A stretch of 63,798 nucleotides of DNA, the filler included, from Octopus bimaculoides (Eukaryota): assembly GCF_001194135.2 (NCBI RefSeq). It is 5 parts of 4 records of this genome, joined end to end, with 100 filler letters (N's around TTAATTAATTAA, not from the genome) between each part and the next. Parts side by side here need not be neighbours in the genome. Positions count along the whole stretch, not along the records: positions 1 to 28,821 come from NC_068987.1; positions 28,922 to 50,461 come from NC_068985.1; 3 more parts are not named here. The stretch is one strand, 5' to 3'. Shown one piece after another: positions 27,131-38,737 of this stretch. Under the pieces are notes generated by a model that worked only from the letters and a program-made list of their open reading frames with translations, ran no database searches and was not told the origin of the DNA. The position numbers were made by a program, and so were the translations under genes. Within the stretch, counting starts at the first letter, position 1, and every line of letters begins with the position of its first letter.

Positions 27131-27672
27131 AAAATATGCCCATTTTATAGAATCAATGGATAAAACAGAGGTTCTTCTAGTGATCAAAATACTTCTTTAT
27201 GAACATAAATCAACAATTAGTAGTGGCCGTCCGCTCCAAATTTAATAAGCCTGATGTTAATAGTCTATAACATCACATTCCTGTTGATAAATTATCAGAA
27301 AAGCTTGCTCATTTAAGCAAAAAGAAAGGTAGAAGATCGAAAGTTAAAGTGGGATATATGAAAGATGAGGAAAGACGATAAAATCTTCAGCAGGACTTTG
27401 CTATTAAATCTCACCCAAGATAATCTTATGAAATAATTGTTTCTCATTTGAAATCAGCGCTCCGACACTTGAGACATCAAAACGATTATTTTAAACTTCA
27501 TGCATCAACAAATTTCAACAAAATTTCAACAAAATTTCGAAGTAATTATCGAAACTTTCCAAATTATTCAATGATAGGGTAGCTTGGACTTCTGATAAAT
27601 TCCCAATAAATTTTGGAGTTTAAACGTAAACTATATTCCAGTTCGTTATATCGATATTATGGGATCATATAA

Positions 27673-27890
27673 GGCGGCGAGCGGTCAGAATTGATAGCAC
27701 ACTGGATAAAATACTTAGCGGCATTTTGTCCGCCATTACGTTCTGGTTTCAAATTCCGCTGAGGTCGACTTTGCCTTTCATTCTATTGGGGTCGATAAAT
27801 TAAGTACCTGTGAAACACTAGAGTCGATGTAATCGACTAGTCCCCTCCACAGTATTGGTGGCCTTCTACCACCGATAGATAGGATTATTA
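27673..27890 (+). mobile_element. SINE family B (tRNA-like head, (ATT)n tail)
   Basis: GGCGGCGAGC head, B-box-like GTTTCAAATTCC, central gtcgactttgcctttcat...gtcgataaattaagtacc, and (ATT)n tail to ~27935. Confidence 0.85.
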
Positions 27891-27894
27891 TTAA

Positions 27895-27936
<42 letters not shown>

Positions 27937-28312
27937 GGAAAGAAGAAGNNNNNNNNNNNNNNNNNNNNNNNNNNNNNNNNNNNNNNNNNNNNNNNNNNNN
28001 NNNNNNNNNNNNNNNNNNNNNNNNNNNNNNNNNNNNNNNNNNNNNNNNNNNNNNNNNNNNNNNNNNNNNNNNNNNNNNNNNNNNNNNNNNNNNNNNNNNN
28101 NNNNNNNNNNNNNNNNNNNNNNNNNNNNNNNNNNNNNNNNNNNNNNNNNNNNNNNNNNNNNNNNNNNNNNAGAAGAAGAAGAAGAAGAAGAAGAAGAAGA
28201 AGAAGAAGAAGAAGAAGAAGAAGAAGAAGAAGAAGAAGAAGAAGAAGAAGACGAAGAAGAAGAAGAAGAAGAAGAAGAAGAAGAACAAGAAGAAGAAGTA
28301 GAAGAAGAAGAA
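27937..28312. repeat. (GAA)n microsatellite spanning a gap
   Basis: Directly visible. Confidence 0.9.
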
Positions 28313-28696
28313 GGCAAATGGTTCGAAAGAAGAGAGCAGCATGAAGGAGATGGGAAAAACATTGATCGATGGATCCGTTTGTTAAGTAAATATTTAAACA
28401 TAGAATTGGACTACAAAGTTATGTAAACTTGGGAATAAAAGATGGATTTGTCAATAAGCTCGAGGAGTGGTATTCTATTAGTTAACTGAAATCATTGAAG
28501 CATGTATATTGACAGGTGGAAAGTCGGTGAAATCTTGTGACAGAGGTTAAACGCCTGTTGTAAGCATGTCCTAAACAAAGGGAGAATTTAAAGGGTAATT
28601 ATTTATAAATTGGTTATGCACAAATACGGCTATATTTGAACATAGGTTTGAGTACAGTTACTCATTATTACAGTTTATATATATATATATATATAT

Positions 28697-28750
<54 letters not shown>

Positions 28751-28783
28751 TAGCTAGATAGATAGATAGATAGATAGATAGAT

Positions 28784-28821
<38 letters not shown>

Positions 28822-28921
28822 NNNNNNNNNNNNNNNNNNNNNNNNNNNNNNNNNNNNNNNNNNNNTTAATTAATTAANNNNNNNNNNNNNNNNNNNNNNN
28901 NNNNNNNNNNNNNNNNNNNNN
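28822..28921. other. Artificial scaffold linker (44 N + TTAATTAATTAA + 44 N)
   Basis: The same 100-bp layout occurs four times; the 12-mer gives stops in all six frames. Confidence 0.95.
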
Positions 28922-29109
28922 AACTTCTCCTCTAGTTCTGATAGTGACTCCGCAATTAGGGCAAGGTCATCAGCATAGAGGAGCTCCCAGGGGCAACCTG
29001 TCTTGAACTCCTCTGTGATTGCCTGGAGGACTATGGTAAATAATAGGGGGCTGAGGACGGAACCTTGGTGGACCCCTACCTCTACCCGGAATTCATTGCT
29101 GTACTCATT
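28922..29109 (-). mobile_element. RTE-clade LINE reverse transcriptase fragment (5'-truncated; remainder lost in the gap)
   Basis: Uninterrupted translation NEYSNEFRVEVGVHQGSVLSPLLFTIVLQAITEEFKTGCPWELLYADDLALIAESLSELEEK. Confidence 0.9.
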
Positions 29110-29111
29110 TG

Positions 29112-29174
29112 ATGTATTTGTGTGTGTGTATGTGTGTTTATATGCATGTGTGTAGATACATATATATATTCTGT
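29112..29174 (+). repeat. 63-bp exact copy of 30212-30274
   Basis: Identical by eye; flanked by the direct repeat ctgtactcat (29099-29108 and 29171-29180). Confidence 0.85.
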
Positions 29175-29273
29175 ACTCATCAAATGTAAATAACGTAAAT
29201 AATGATCTTTATAGGGGATTGATTCTGCAAGGTAAATAATGGCTGTAAGAGGGATCAAATTGAGTGGATATAG

Positions 29274-29523
29274 AGGCAATTATGCAGATAAACAAATTAG
29301 GTACATTAATTATATTAAATATAATAGTTTGGGTATGAAATACATAATATGTACATATGTATACGCACAAAAGAGGGAGACTTTCAGATAAATTCATCAT
29401 CTGAAAGTCTCTACCTTGTGTGTGAATACATAGATATATATTTTGTATTTCATATCCAACCTACTATTTCAAATATATTTAATATAATTAATGTACCTAC
29501 TTTGTTTATCTGCATAATTGCCT
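29274..29523. repeat. Long imperfect inverted repeat (foldback), arms ~116 and ~125 bp, 9-nt loop
   Basis: 29274-29389 pairs with 29399-29523; the outer ~50 bp are nearly perfect. Confidence 0.9.
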
Positions 29524-30315
29524 GTGTGTATATCAGTGGTCATCTCCCATCCCATTTCAACCATCTACTACATCTGCCCTTCAACCCTACCTAATTTTTT
29601 CAGTTGTCACCGCCCCCTTGTCACAACCATTCCTCATTTCTCTGTCTGCCATACACTGTTGCAACATTTGTCCACACACACACTCCTCATTCCCCTGTCC
29701 CCACTCACATCTGCTCACCTTGTATCTCGAGGATTCACTCAGACACCATTTAATTTTCTGCTAATCCAGTATAAGATGTAAGCACAATGTTATATATAAA
29801 CCACCATAGCATTTTAATCTATAGCTTTCGAAAGGAAATCATTATTGAGGAGACAACTGCTTTCACAGATACAAATGAGAGGTAGGAAGACAGACAGTAT
29901 TTCTGGTATTAAGTATCTGTCTCAACTGAAAGCTTTATCTGAGCCAGCAAACATTTTATGAGAATACATAGTATCAACTGAGTTTCTGTTAAAGGTCTTG
30001 TGACATTACAATACCTATGATTTGTTTGAAAGGTTTTTGTTGTCTTTGTCACATATATGTGTGTGTGTAAAATATGCATATAACCCCCACCTCCCATATG
30101 GCATACTAGTGTACACTTGTGAAACTCATGTAAAGATTAAATAATTCATGATGGCATAATAAAAAATATCTAATTGATTTTGTGTTTTATTCTGCTCTCA
30201 GATATACATAAATGTATTTGTGTGTGTGTATGTGTGTTTATATGCATGTGTGTAGATACATATATATATTCTGTTGAGTCAGATTTTCCACAAGTGGATG
30301 TATAAAAATAAACTC

Positions 30316-30359
<44 letters not shown>

Positions 30360-30690
30360 CTATATATGTAGGTGCAGTTTGGCCAAATGGTTAAGAAGTT
30401 AACTTTGCAATCATGAGGTCTCATGTTCATTTTGATTCTGTAGCATTTTGAGCAAATTCTATAATCTGAGTTTGACACATTGTAAATGAAACTGGGTGAA
30501 CAGAAATGGTAAGGAATCCATCTGATGTGTTGTACCTTTAATTCAAAAGGTACAACCTTGTCATACACTGCATCTCTTTGGTTCAGCCTAAAATTACATA
30601 AGGGATACAGGAGCAGATAATTGATCAAACAAGTAAATTGCCATCATCGAACAATGGAAATCCACCATACATACATATTATTATTATTAA

Positions 30691-31380
30691 GGCAGTGAGC
30701 TGGTAGGATTGTTAGCACTTTAGGCAAAATGCTTAGCAGCATTTAATCCATCTTTATGTTCTAAGTTCAAATTCCACCAAGGTCGACTTTGCCTTCCATC
30801 CTTTTGGGGTTGATAAATTAAGTGCCAGTGAAAACACTAGGGTTGATGTAATCGACTGATCCCCTCCCCCGAAATTTCAGGCCTTGTGCCTTTAGTAGAA
30901 AGGATTATTATTATCATTATTATTATTATTAAGGCAGTGACCTGGCAGCTTTTCATCTAGCTTTATGTTCTGAGTTCAAATTCCACCAAGGTCAACTTTG
31001 TTTTTCATTCTTGCATGGTCACTAATAGAAATACTAGTAGAGTACTGGGGTCAATGTAATCGACTAACCCCCTCTTCCAAACTTTGTGGCCTTGTGCCAA
31101 AATTTGAGACCATTATTATTATCTCCATCGTCATCATCATCATTATGGAGACAGCGAGTTGGCAGAATTGTTCGCGTGCAGGACCAAATGCTTACCAGCA
31201 TTTTCTCCGGTTTTGCATTCTGAGTTCCAATACCACCCAGGTTGACTTTGCCTTTCATCCTTTTGGGGGCCTATAAAATTAGTACCAGTTGAGTGCTGGG
31301 TTCGGTATAATTGACTTACTACATCCTCCATAATTGCTGGCCTTGTGACAAAATTTAAAGCCATTATTATTATTAGTATT
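30691..31380 (+). mobile_element. Head-to-tail trimer of SINE family B (starts ~30691, 30933, 31150)
   Basis: Three successive heads and bodies, each following the previous (ATT)/(CAT) tail. Confidence 0.85.
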
Positions 31381-31799
31381 ATCTGGGCAAGAATGCACTC
31401 TGACAAGTTCAAAACATGCTGTTTGTTGCAATTATGATCCTAGAACTCCAGTTGTTAAGGGCCTACTCTACACATGCACACACACAAGCATACACTCTCA
31501 CAAGTACACATGCACACACACACAAGCATGCGCACACACAAGCGCGCACACATACACGCACACAAGCACATGCACACGCACACATAAGCTTCTTGACAGG
31601 TTTAATGTAACATTTATGGTGGTGGGATCAGGTGAAATTCATGAGATTGAGACTGTAAGAGAGTAAACATATCAAGTTACATTTTACAGCTTTTGGACAA
31701 CTGCTTTTGTATTCCATTAGGATTTATTCTCTGTTCTTATTAATTATTGATAATAAAAAACCATTAATTTTGTTCTTATTTTTGTTGGTGATGTGATGG

Positions 31800-31990
31800 T
31801 TTTGTGGGATTGTTACTGTATCAGACAAAATGCTTTGCAATATTTGGTTGCAACTCTTCATATTCTGAGTTCAAATCCCACTAACATAAACATTACCTTC
31901 CATCCTATAAACTAAGTACCAGTTAACTACTGGATTCAGTCAACATTTTCCTCTAAATTTTCTGACCTTGTGCCTATATTATAAATAGCT
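31800..31990 (+). mobile_element. Degenerate SINE family B
   Basis: ttctgagttcaaatccc...ccttccatcc...aagtaccagtt...gaccttgtgcc. Confidence 0.5.
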
Positions 31991-32989
31991 AGATCATTAC
32001 CCATTGGTATGCTGCCAGTAAAAATATTTGTTAATCATGCATGTATCTTCATAAATTGTTGAAAGTAAAAGTCTTTTCTAAAGTCTGTGTTGTGTTGTCT
32101 GTATGTTGAAAGACATACAGAACCACACACAGCACCACCCACCCCAAATAACTACTATTATATGTATATACATATAGTCTTCTTTTGAAGTCTGTGTTGC
32201 ATTGTGTTGACAGACTTGCTCTTAAAGTTCCCATGTTTTTAATCAAAACTTTTTAGTTACCAAGGTCACAGAACTACTTATCTATCTTACTCTCTCACTC
32301 AGTGTATTTTTCTCTAAGCAACAACTGTTTCTCCTCCTCTTTTTACCTCTCTTTACATAGACATTGTTACAGACAGACAGAGATCAGCTTCTCTTATAAT
32401 ATAAAATTATTATTTTCCATTTTTATCAAACACATGTTGGAATTAAATTATGCATATTCTATCATCATCTTCATTGCGACTGACTGTTGTTGGTGTTCTT
32501 TAACTCTGGACATATTCCAATTGAGGAAGCATATGATCAAAGACATTCTATCCATGACCATCCTGTTTTTGTTAGGACTATGTAGATATACATTATCCAA
32601 TGCATTCCAACCTTATTTAAAATGTTGGAGTGTGATTTGAGGGGGATTTAGTTGCTATTTTTATCTTGTCAAATCACGACATGAAGGCACTTTCATTGGC
32701 TCATTACAACTATGTAATATTGTAGACGGTGTCACCTGCTTTTCATCTAATGGTTATTTCTTTTTTCTCCTCCAACAATATAGTCATTGTTATTACCTTC
32801 TATTTGTTTAGATAATTGTTTGTAGTCTTTATATCTCATGGCATTGTTTTCTTCAAAATTCAGCTGTTCTTGTTTATGCAAGCAAACTCTTGCAATTTCT
32901 CATTTTTATTTTATATATAAAACTTTCTAGTATTTATTAATAGCTTAACGTTTATTTATTTTCTTTTTTTACTCTCTTCCTTCCTGTCA

Positions 32990-33215
32990 TAAATGATTTC
33001 TGACATAGGCTCATAAAAACAGTCCTAATATGGCGGGGGTGGGGAACATATAGTGAATTATACCAAGCTTAGTACTTTACCACCATTTATTTTATTAAGG
33101 ATCAAAGGCAAAACTGGCCTTAGTAGCATTTGAACTCAGGTTGTTAAAAGAGATGTAAATAAATTCTGCTAGGCGTTTTTACCATTGCTCTACTGATTTT
33201 TCCAATCTACCACCT
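32990..33215 (-). mobile_element. Degenerate SINE family B
   Basis: aaaggcaaaactggccttagtagcatttgaactcag matches the reverse complement of family B. Confidence 0.55.
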
Positions 33216-34704
33216 TCCTATTAATTATTGATCCATATAGCTTCCATACGAAGAAATTATTTAGCAACTTTCTCTGTAATGTTGTTAGCGTACAAGTATT
33301 TCAAAGACGCTTCATATAAACAGCTGTTGTTGACATCAGGAAATTTTCTGGGTAAACTAGGATGAGTGAAGTGCTGTGCTGTGGCCAGTTTTTCTAACTG
33401 TATGAATAGAACATGACTCTTTCTATTTAGCAACCAAATTTCCTTTTGCAGCCAGCTCTATTGTCTTTCAACTGATGTTCACCAACAGATCTTCATTCTA
33501 TATATTCTGGATTCTCTCAAGAATCACCTTTCACACTGAACGTCTTCATAAATGATTCTCAATCTTACAGAGTTTCTTTGTTCTTTTGTTAACAATTCAT
33601 TCTTGACAACTAACAACTGTTTCTCCTTTCTTCTCCACTTTTGAGTTCTACTCAGACAAAACTAGTTTCCATTCAGTTTTAGTTGACTTTTAGATCTCTG
33701 CTTTCTACATATAGCTTAATTGTGTGAACTACCGAACTCCCACCCCCTCTACCTACCTACTCCAAATGCTATTAATAATGCTTCTTTGAACATTTACGAA
33801 CATGTGGAGTAAACTGCCCAAAAAGAAAAGAATGTGAGAAAACTCTTTGAATTTTCTAGGGAGCTTTTAATAGATTTTTATTGGTTAAAGATAAAAGGAG
33901 TCTGCCAAAATATTTACTATAGCTTTTAACAGGCAATTGTCCAATGTTTAGCTAATTATGAATTAACCACTAAGATTTTGTTGGAAATTATATTAAAAAC
34001 TATAAGCAGTGATTTGAGAGAGAAAATAGTAACTTGTCTGCTTACAGAATCTGAACCTCATACCTATTACTTAACAGGAGACTATGTTACTAAATACACT
34101 ACACATAGACTGCCAATGCTGTGAAATGAGGTACTTTAACCGATTTCACTATGCTGGACACGAAGCAAAATAACCTACCCTGCTAGGACTGAGTAAATGA
34201 AAATTATCTCCGAGATCAGAAAAAAAATATTATAGTTTCTAATTTAAGAAAATGGAAAGATAGAAGATCTGGTGTATAACAAGTTAGGCAGTCTACTGTA
34301 AAGTAATAAATGCATAGGTTTTGCTTTGTCAGTACAGAGTTGATCTTTTCTGGCTCAAATTTTGCTTATAATGTTTTAATATCATTTGTAGCAAATATTT
34401 CAACAAATATAATGGCTTAATTATTTCTTCTCTTTGTTAATTTAGTCCAAGACATCTTATATTCAAGCAGAAGAAGCCATATATGAGACAAGATATTTTA
34501 TAATAACATTGTTGAATTCCTCAATATTTGTTGCCATATTTCTGGATAAAAGCTACAAATGTGACATAGAAAAAAGTCAAAAGAATATTGTATTGACAAG
34601 TTTTTGAAAAGAAATTAGTCAGAACTAATAAGTGTCTCTCATTATTAATGTTGTTGCTATCCTCCTTGAATAATATTTCATTATTTTTTGTTTGTCATCA
34701 TTAA

Positions 34705-35158
34705 GGTGGCGAGCTGGCAGAATCGTTAGCATCACTGGCAAAATGCGTAGCAACATCTGTCCTTACTTTCTGAGTTCAAACTCTGCCAAGGCCTATATTA
34801 CCTTTCATTCTTTAAGGGTTAATAGATTAAGTACCATTTGGCGATATGCCATGCTTGAGAAGACCTGTCAAACCAAGTGAAATCATAGTTGTAGTCAATG
34901 CTGGTGTCATGTAACTGGCACCCATTACACTCTTGGAGTAGTTGGTGTTAGGAAGAGCATCCAGGTATAGAAACCATGCCAAATCAGATTGGAACCTGGT
35001 GTAGTCCTACAGTTACCAGTTTCAGTCAAACCATCTAACCCATGCCAGCATGGAAAGCAGATGTTAAATGATGCTGATGCTAAGCATCGTGGTCGATGTA
35101 ATCAACTTACCCCTCCTCCAAAATTGCTGGCCTTGTGCCAAAATTTGTAACCATTATT
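34705..35158 (+). mobile_element. SINE family B interrupted by an RTE 3'-end insertion
   Basis: The B body breaks at aagtaccat (~34837) and resumes at aagcatcgtggtcgatg (35082). 14-bp TSD tttgtcatcattaa at 34691-34704 / 35159-35172. Confidence 0.85.
34838..35081 (+). mobile_element. 5'-truncated RTE LINE 3' end nested in a SINE
   Basis: tggcgatatgccatgcttgagaagacc... through gttaaatgatg matches the RTE 3' end at 47560-47975. Confidence 0.8.
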
Positions 35159-35718
35159 TTTGTCATCATTAACATGGTGGATTGGCATTGGAGAAATGTT
35201 ATGTTTATGCTTGAAATCCTTATTTTTGTCATCATCATAGTTTTTAAAAACTGATTTTTCCATATTTATGTAAACTTAGACACATCTGCAAAACATTATC
35301 TCACCATAAATTTTTGTACCTGTAATGTTCTCTGATGTGAATTGGAGAAATATAACTTTATTTTGGGTAGTAGACTCAATCTGTTTTCATTTTAACACTA
35401 CTACCTGACCATTTGGTACCTTTTAGCAGTATTCTCTCTATTGTAAGCATTCAGACCAGGTCACTAATCTTGAGGTTAGATAATTGGATGTCTTGATGAG
35501 CTGCTTCCTACTGCACTAACCTATTATTTGCATCTCATTTTAATTTTCCTCCCTTTAGCTTTTGGAGGCCTTTCAATGAAAGGTCATGGGTTTCATACTT
35601 CCTTTTCTCATTCTTTTGATTAAGCCATTGAAAAAAAAAAAAGAAAAGAAAAAATTAAATTCAAAATCATTCCAAAGCAAATGCTTTCCTTGATACAACA
35701 GACTGTCATCACTTGGCT

Positions 35719-35754
35719 TAGCTATAGTCATACAGTACCTTATGACTATAGCTA
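35719..35754. repeat. Perfect 14-bp inverted repeat with 8-nt loop
   Basis: tagctatagtcata-cagtacct-tatgactatagcta. Confidence 0.9.
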
Positions 35755-35782
35755 GTCAGTAACACTCACATATTCTTTCTTA

Positions 35783-36012
35783 TTTCTTTATTGCCCACAA
35801 GGGGCTAAACACAGAGGGGACAAACAAGGACAGACAAAGGGATTAAGTCAATTATATCAACCCCAGTGTGTAACTGGTACTTAATTTATCGACCCTAAAG
35901 GATGAAAGGCAAAGTAAACCTCGGCGGAATTTGAATTCAGAACGTAACGGCAGACGAAATACTACTAAGCACTTCGCCTGGCATTCTAACTTTTCTGCTA
36001 GGTCACCGCCTT
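35783..36012 (-). mobile_element. Young SINE family B insertion just upstream of the Robo exon
   Basis: Perfect 21-bp TSD acactcacatattctttctta (35762-35782 / 36013-36033); many CpGs retained. Confidence 0.92.
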
Positions 36013-36172
36013 ACACTCACATATTCTTTCTTACCAAAGGGAAAGTTGTTTTTGTATGTTTAAATTTAAATTTTACATATGTTTATGTTATTGTTTTATT
36101 ATTTTTTTTATTTCATGATATATTTTTGTATAATTATACCTATTTTAAATTCTTTCTTTTCTCTCTTGGTAG

Positions 36173-36484
36173 GAAAATTACCAAACCCTCGTATCCTGGA
36201 ACATCCAAAGGATAGCTACGCTGCCAGAATGACACCTGTAAAATTAAACTGTCGAGCTGAAGGCGATCCAAAGCCATTGATTACCTGGTACCGGAATGGT
36301 GCCAAGGTAATCACAACAGATGATGACTCTGACTCTAACAAAATGTTAGTTGATGGCGGAGCATTGTTCTTCTTGCAGGTCATGCACTCTAAATCTCACA
36401 AAACAGATCTCGGAATCTATTATTGTAATGCCACAAATATACATGGAACAGCTCTTAGTCAAAATGCTACATTAACGTTAGCAA
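36173..36484 (+). CDS. robo: Internal exon encoding Ig domain 1 of a Roundabout (Robo) family receptor
   Basis: Polypyrimidine tract plus TAG acceptor (36170-36172); GTAAGT donor at 36485; 312 bp, phase 1/1. Translation (G)KLPNPRILEHPKDSYAARMTPVKLNCRAEGDPKPLITWYRNGAKVITTDDDSDSNKMLVDGGALFFLQVMHSKSHKTDLGIYYCNATNIHGTALSQNATLTLA aligns along its length with Robo Ig1 (PRIVEHPSD...LNCKAEG.P.P.I.WY...GSLFFLRI.H...D.G.Y.C.A.N..G.A.S.NA.L). Confidence 0.93.
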
Positions 36485-38520
36485 GTAAGTAAAAATCTTC
36501 ACAGTTTTTACATGTGGTTTTCTGAGGCTCCTTTGTATTCTTACTGGACTGTCACTCATTCATCTGCTATTTCTTCATTTTAGCCCAAATCATTTAGTGT
36601 CTATTATAATTCCATCATTGTTACAGCTGTCAGTATTTTCCCTTTTCAATGATTATTTCCCTCTTCAAAATACAATAACATTAGTTTGTTTGTCATTGTT
36701 TTTTAATCCAAGATTAGTCTTGATCATGTATATTTATATTCAAGCACATTTCAGCTATGACCATCTCATCTATTTAGACATAGTGTATCTAGAGCTCTGT
36801 TACCCAGTGTGCTTATACTTTGAAGACAGTTGTGTAATATTTGAAGCAGACTTCACTGCTATTCTTATCAGGCTGAAGATCAATGTGAGCTGATTTACCA
36901 TTGGCAAGGGACTTATATTGCAGAATTAACTCCTTGTCCACTTTAACTTCTCCACCTGGCTCTTGGATGTCTTTTAAGCATTTGGGGCTAGGCTTCTGGT
37001 CTGAAGTTAATTTCATTTCACAAGTCTTGGTGGCCTTGTGAAAGTCAGTGGATATTGCTTTTCCTCTTCTGACTAAGCCTTACAAAATAATAAACAAAAC
37101 AAGGAAAAGAAAACAAGAGTCTTTCATGTAAAACATTCATACATCAATTTAGTCTCTTGCAGATAGGCTTAATTCTGCTTTTCTTCTTTTTCCTTGTGTT
37201 TGTGAAAAAACTGGGAAATGGATTGCTTCTTAGCAAATGAATAAGGTATTGATAAAAATTACCCACCCCTAGTAAAGAAACTGGAACAGAAGGTGGGTGG
37301 ACACGCAAGGTAAATAAAATAAAGATATGTGAACAGATATCTACAATTATCTGTGACTGAAATCTTATGTCATTCTTTGAATCTCTGAAATGTATTCCTG
37401 TTCCTTTCATCTTTAGAAGTAGAAAAAAAAATTTAAATAGATAAATAATAAGAGTAATAATAATAATAATAATGAGCCTAATACTAATAATATTAATGCA
37501 CAAGATTAATATTAATAATAATTATGAACTATAAGTGACTTAGTAACAAACTTCTTCAAGACACTGTCTGAGAAAGGTGAGTTAACTTTGTGGAGTCAGC
37601 AGTGCTGTATTGAACAATGTTTTAAATGAGTTGCTGACCTCAATAGAAATGGATTCGTTAATGGGAAGCATTCGCTAATGTATTTGGTTTTTGAAATTCT
37701 AACTCACTGTGTCACACTCTCTAAAATTCTTTTCTTAATTATTATTTTAAATTAACCATGATTCAGAGTTCTTACAATTAGGCTATCAACTGCAAATACA
37801 TGCATATGCAATGTTCATCTATGTATGTGTGTATATGCATATATGATGCGTACATACACATGCACAAACATTTACATAATTTCTGTGTACTTATATATGC
37901 ATATGTCTTTATATATATGTGTATATGTTTATGTGCTTCAATAAGATTATGCATCTATATTGTCATAGTTTTAAATATTGATATATATATAACTAGATAT
38001 ACTCACATGTATTCATACATGCACACACTCACACATATGTACACAGATATGTATTATCATCATCATAATCATGTGTGTGTGGCTCTGTTGTTCGTTAAAA
38101 ATGGTTAAATATATTGTAGAAATGTATGATGTGGCTTTCTGACAATTACCGTTGTTAAACTTCAAAGAGCAATTCTAAACTTCTGTTATTTCATTAAATG
38201 TGCTTTAAACTCATTTAATGAATGCTGGCATTCTATATAATTAATAACTGTTCATCAATAAGATTCTCTATTGTAGCTGTTCATCAGATTTTATAATAAC
38301 TTGGTTTAGAATTTCTTAGAAAAGAATACAGTTTATATCAATACTGAAGGTCTGTTGTTCTAATTTTTCCTATGACAATTTATTTTTCTTTTTACCTCCT
38401 CCAGATTTCTTCATTGGGTCACTTAAAACAACACCAACAGTTATTACCATAAAAAAAAAGCATATAAGAAGTGTTTAAGTTAGTATGACACACGATAAAA
38501 TACTTATGAATATTCCATAG

Positions 38521-38737
38521 TTCTTTGGTGGTGAGCTGGCAGAATCATTAACATGCCAGGAAAAATGCTTGGATGCATTTTGTCCGTCTTTACGTTCTGA
38601 GTTCAAATCCTGTTAAGGTCGACTTTGTTTTTCATCCTTTCAGGATTGGTAAGATAAGTATCAGTTGAAAATTGGGGTCAATGTAATTGACTTACACCTT
38701 CCCCCAAATTGCTGGCCTTAGACCAAAGTTTGAAGCC
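38521..38737 (+). mobile_element. SINE family B
   Basis: Head ggtggtgagctggcagaatc; 12-bp TSD aatattccatag (38509-38520 / 38738-38749). Confidence 0.88.

Noticed and set aside
28866-28877. TTAATTAATTAA islands inside N runs (also 50506, 58643, 62742)
   Set aside because: Identical 44N-12-44N layout each time; an assembly spacer, not biology.
36813-37016. ORF MKLTSDQKPSPK... as an antisense gene or LINE piece
   Set aside because: Only a vague likeness to the LINE linker region; no splice or domain support.
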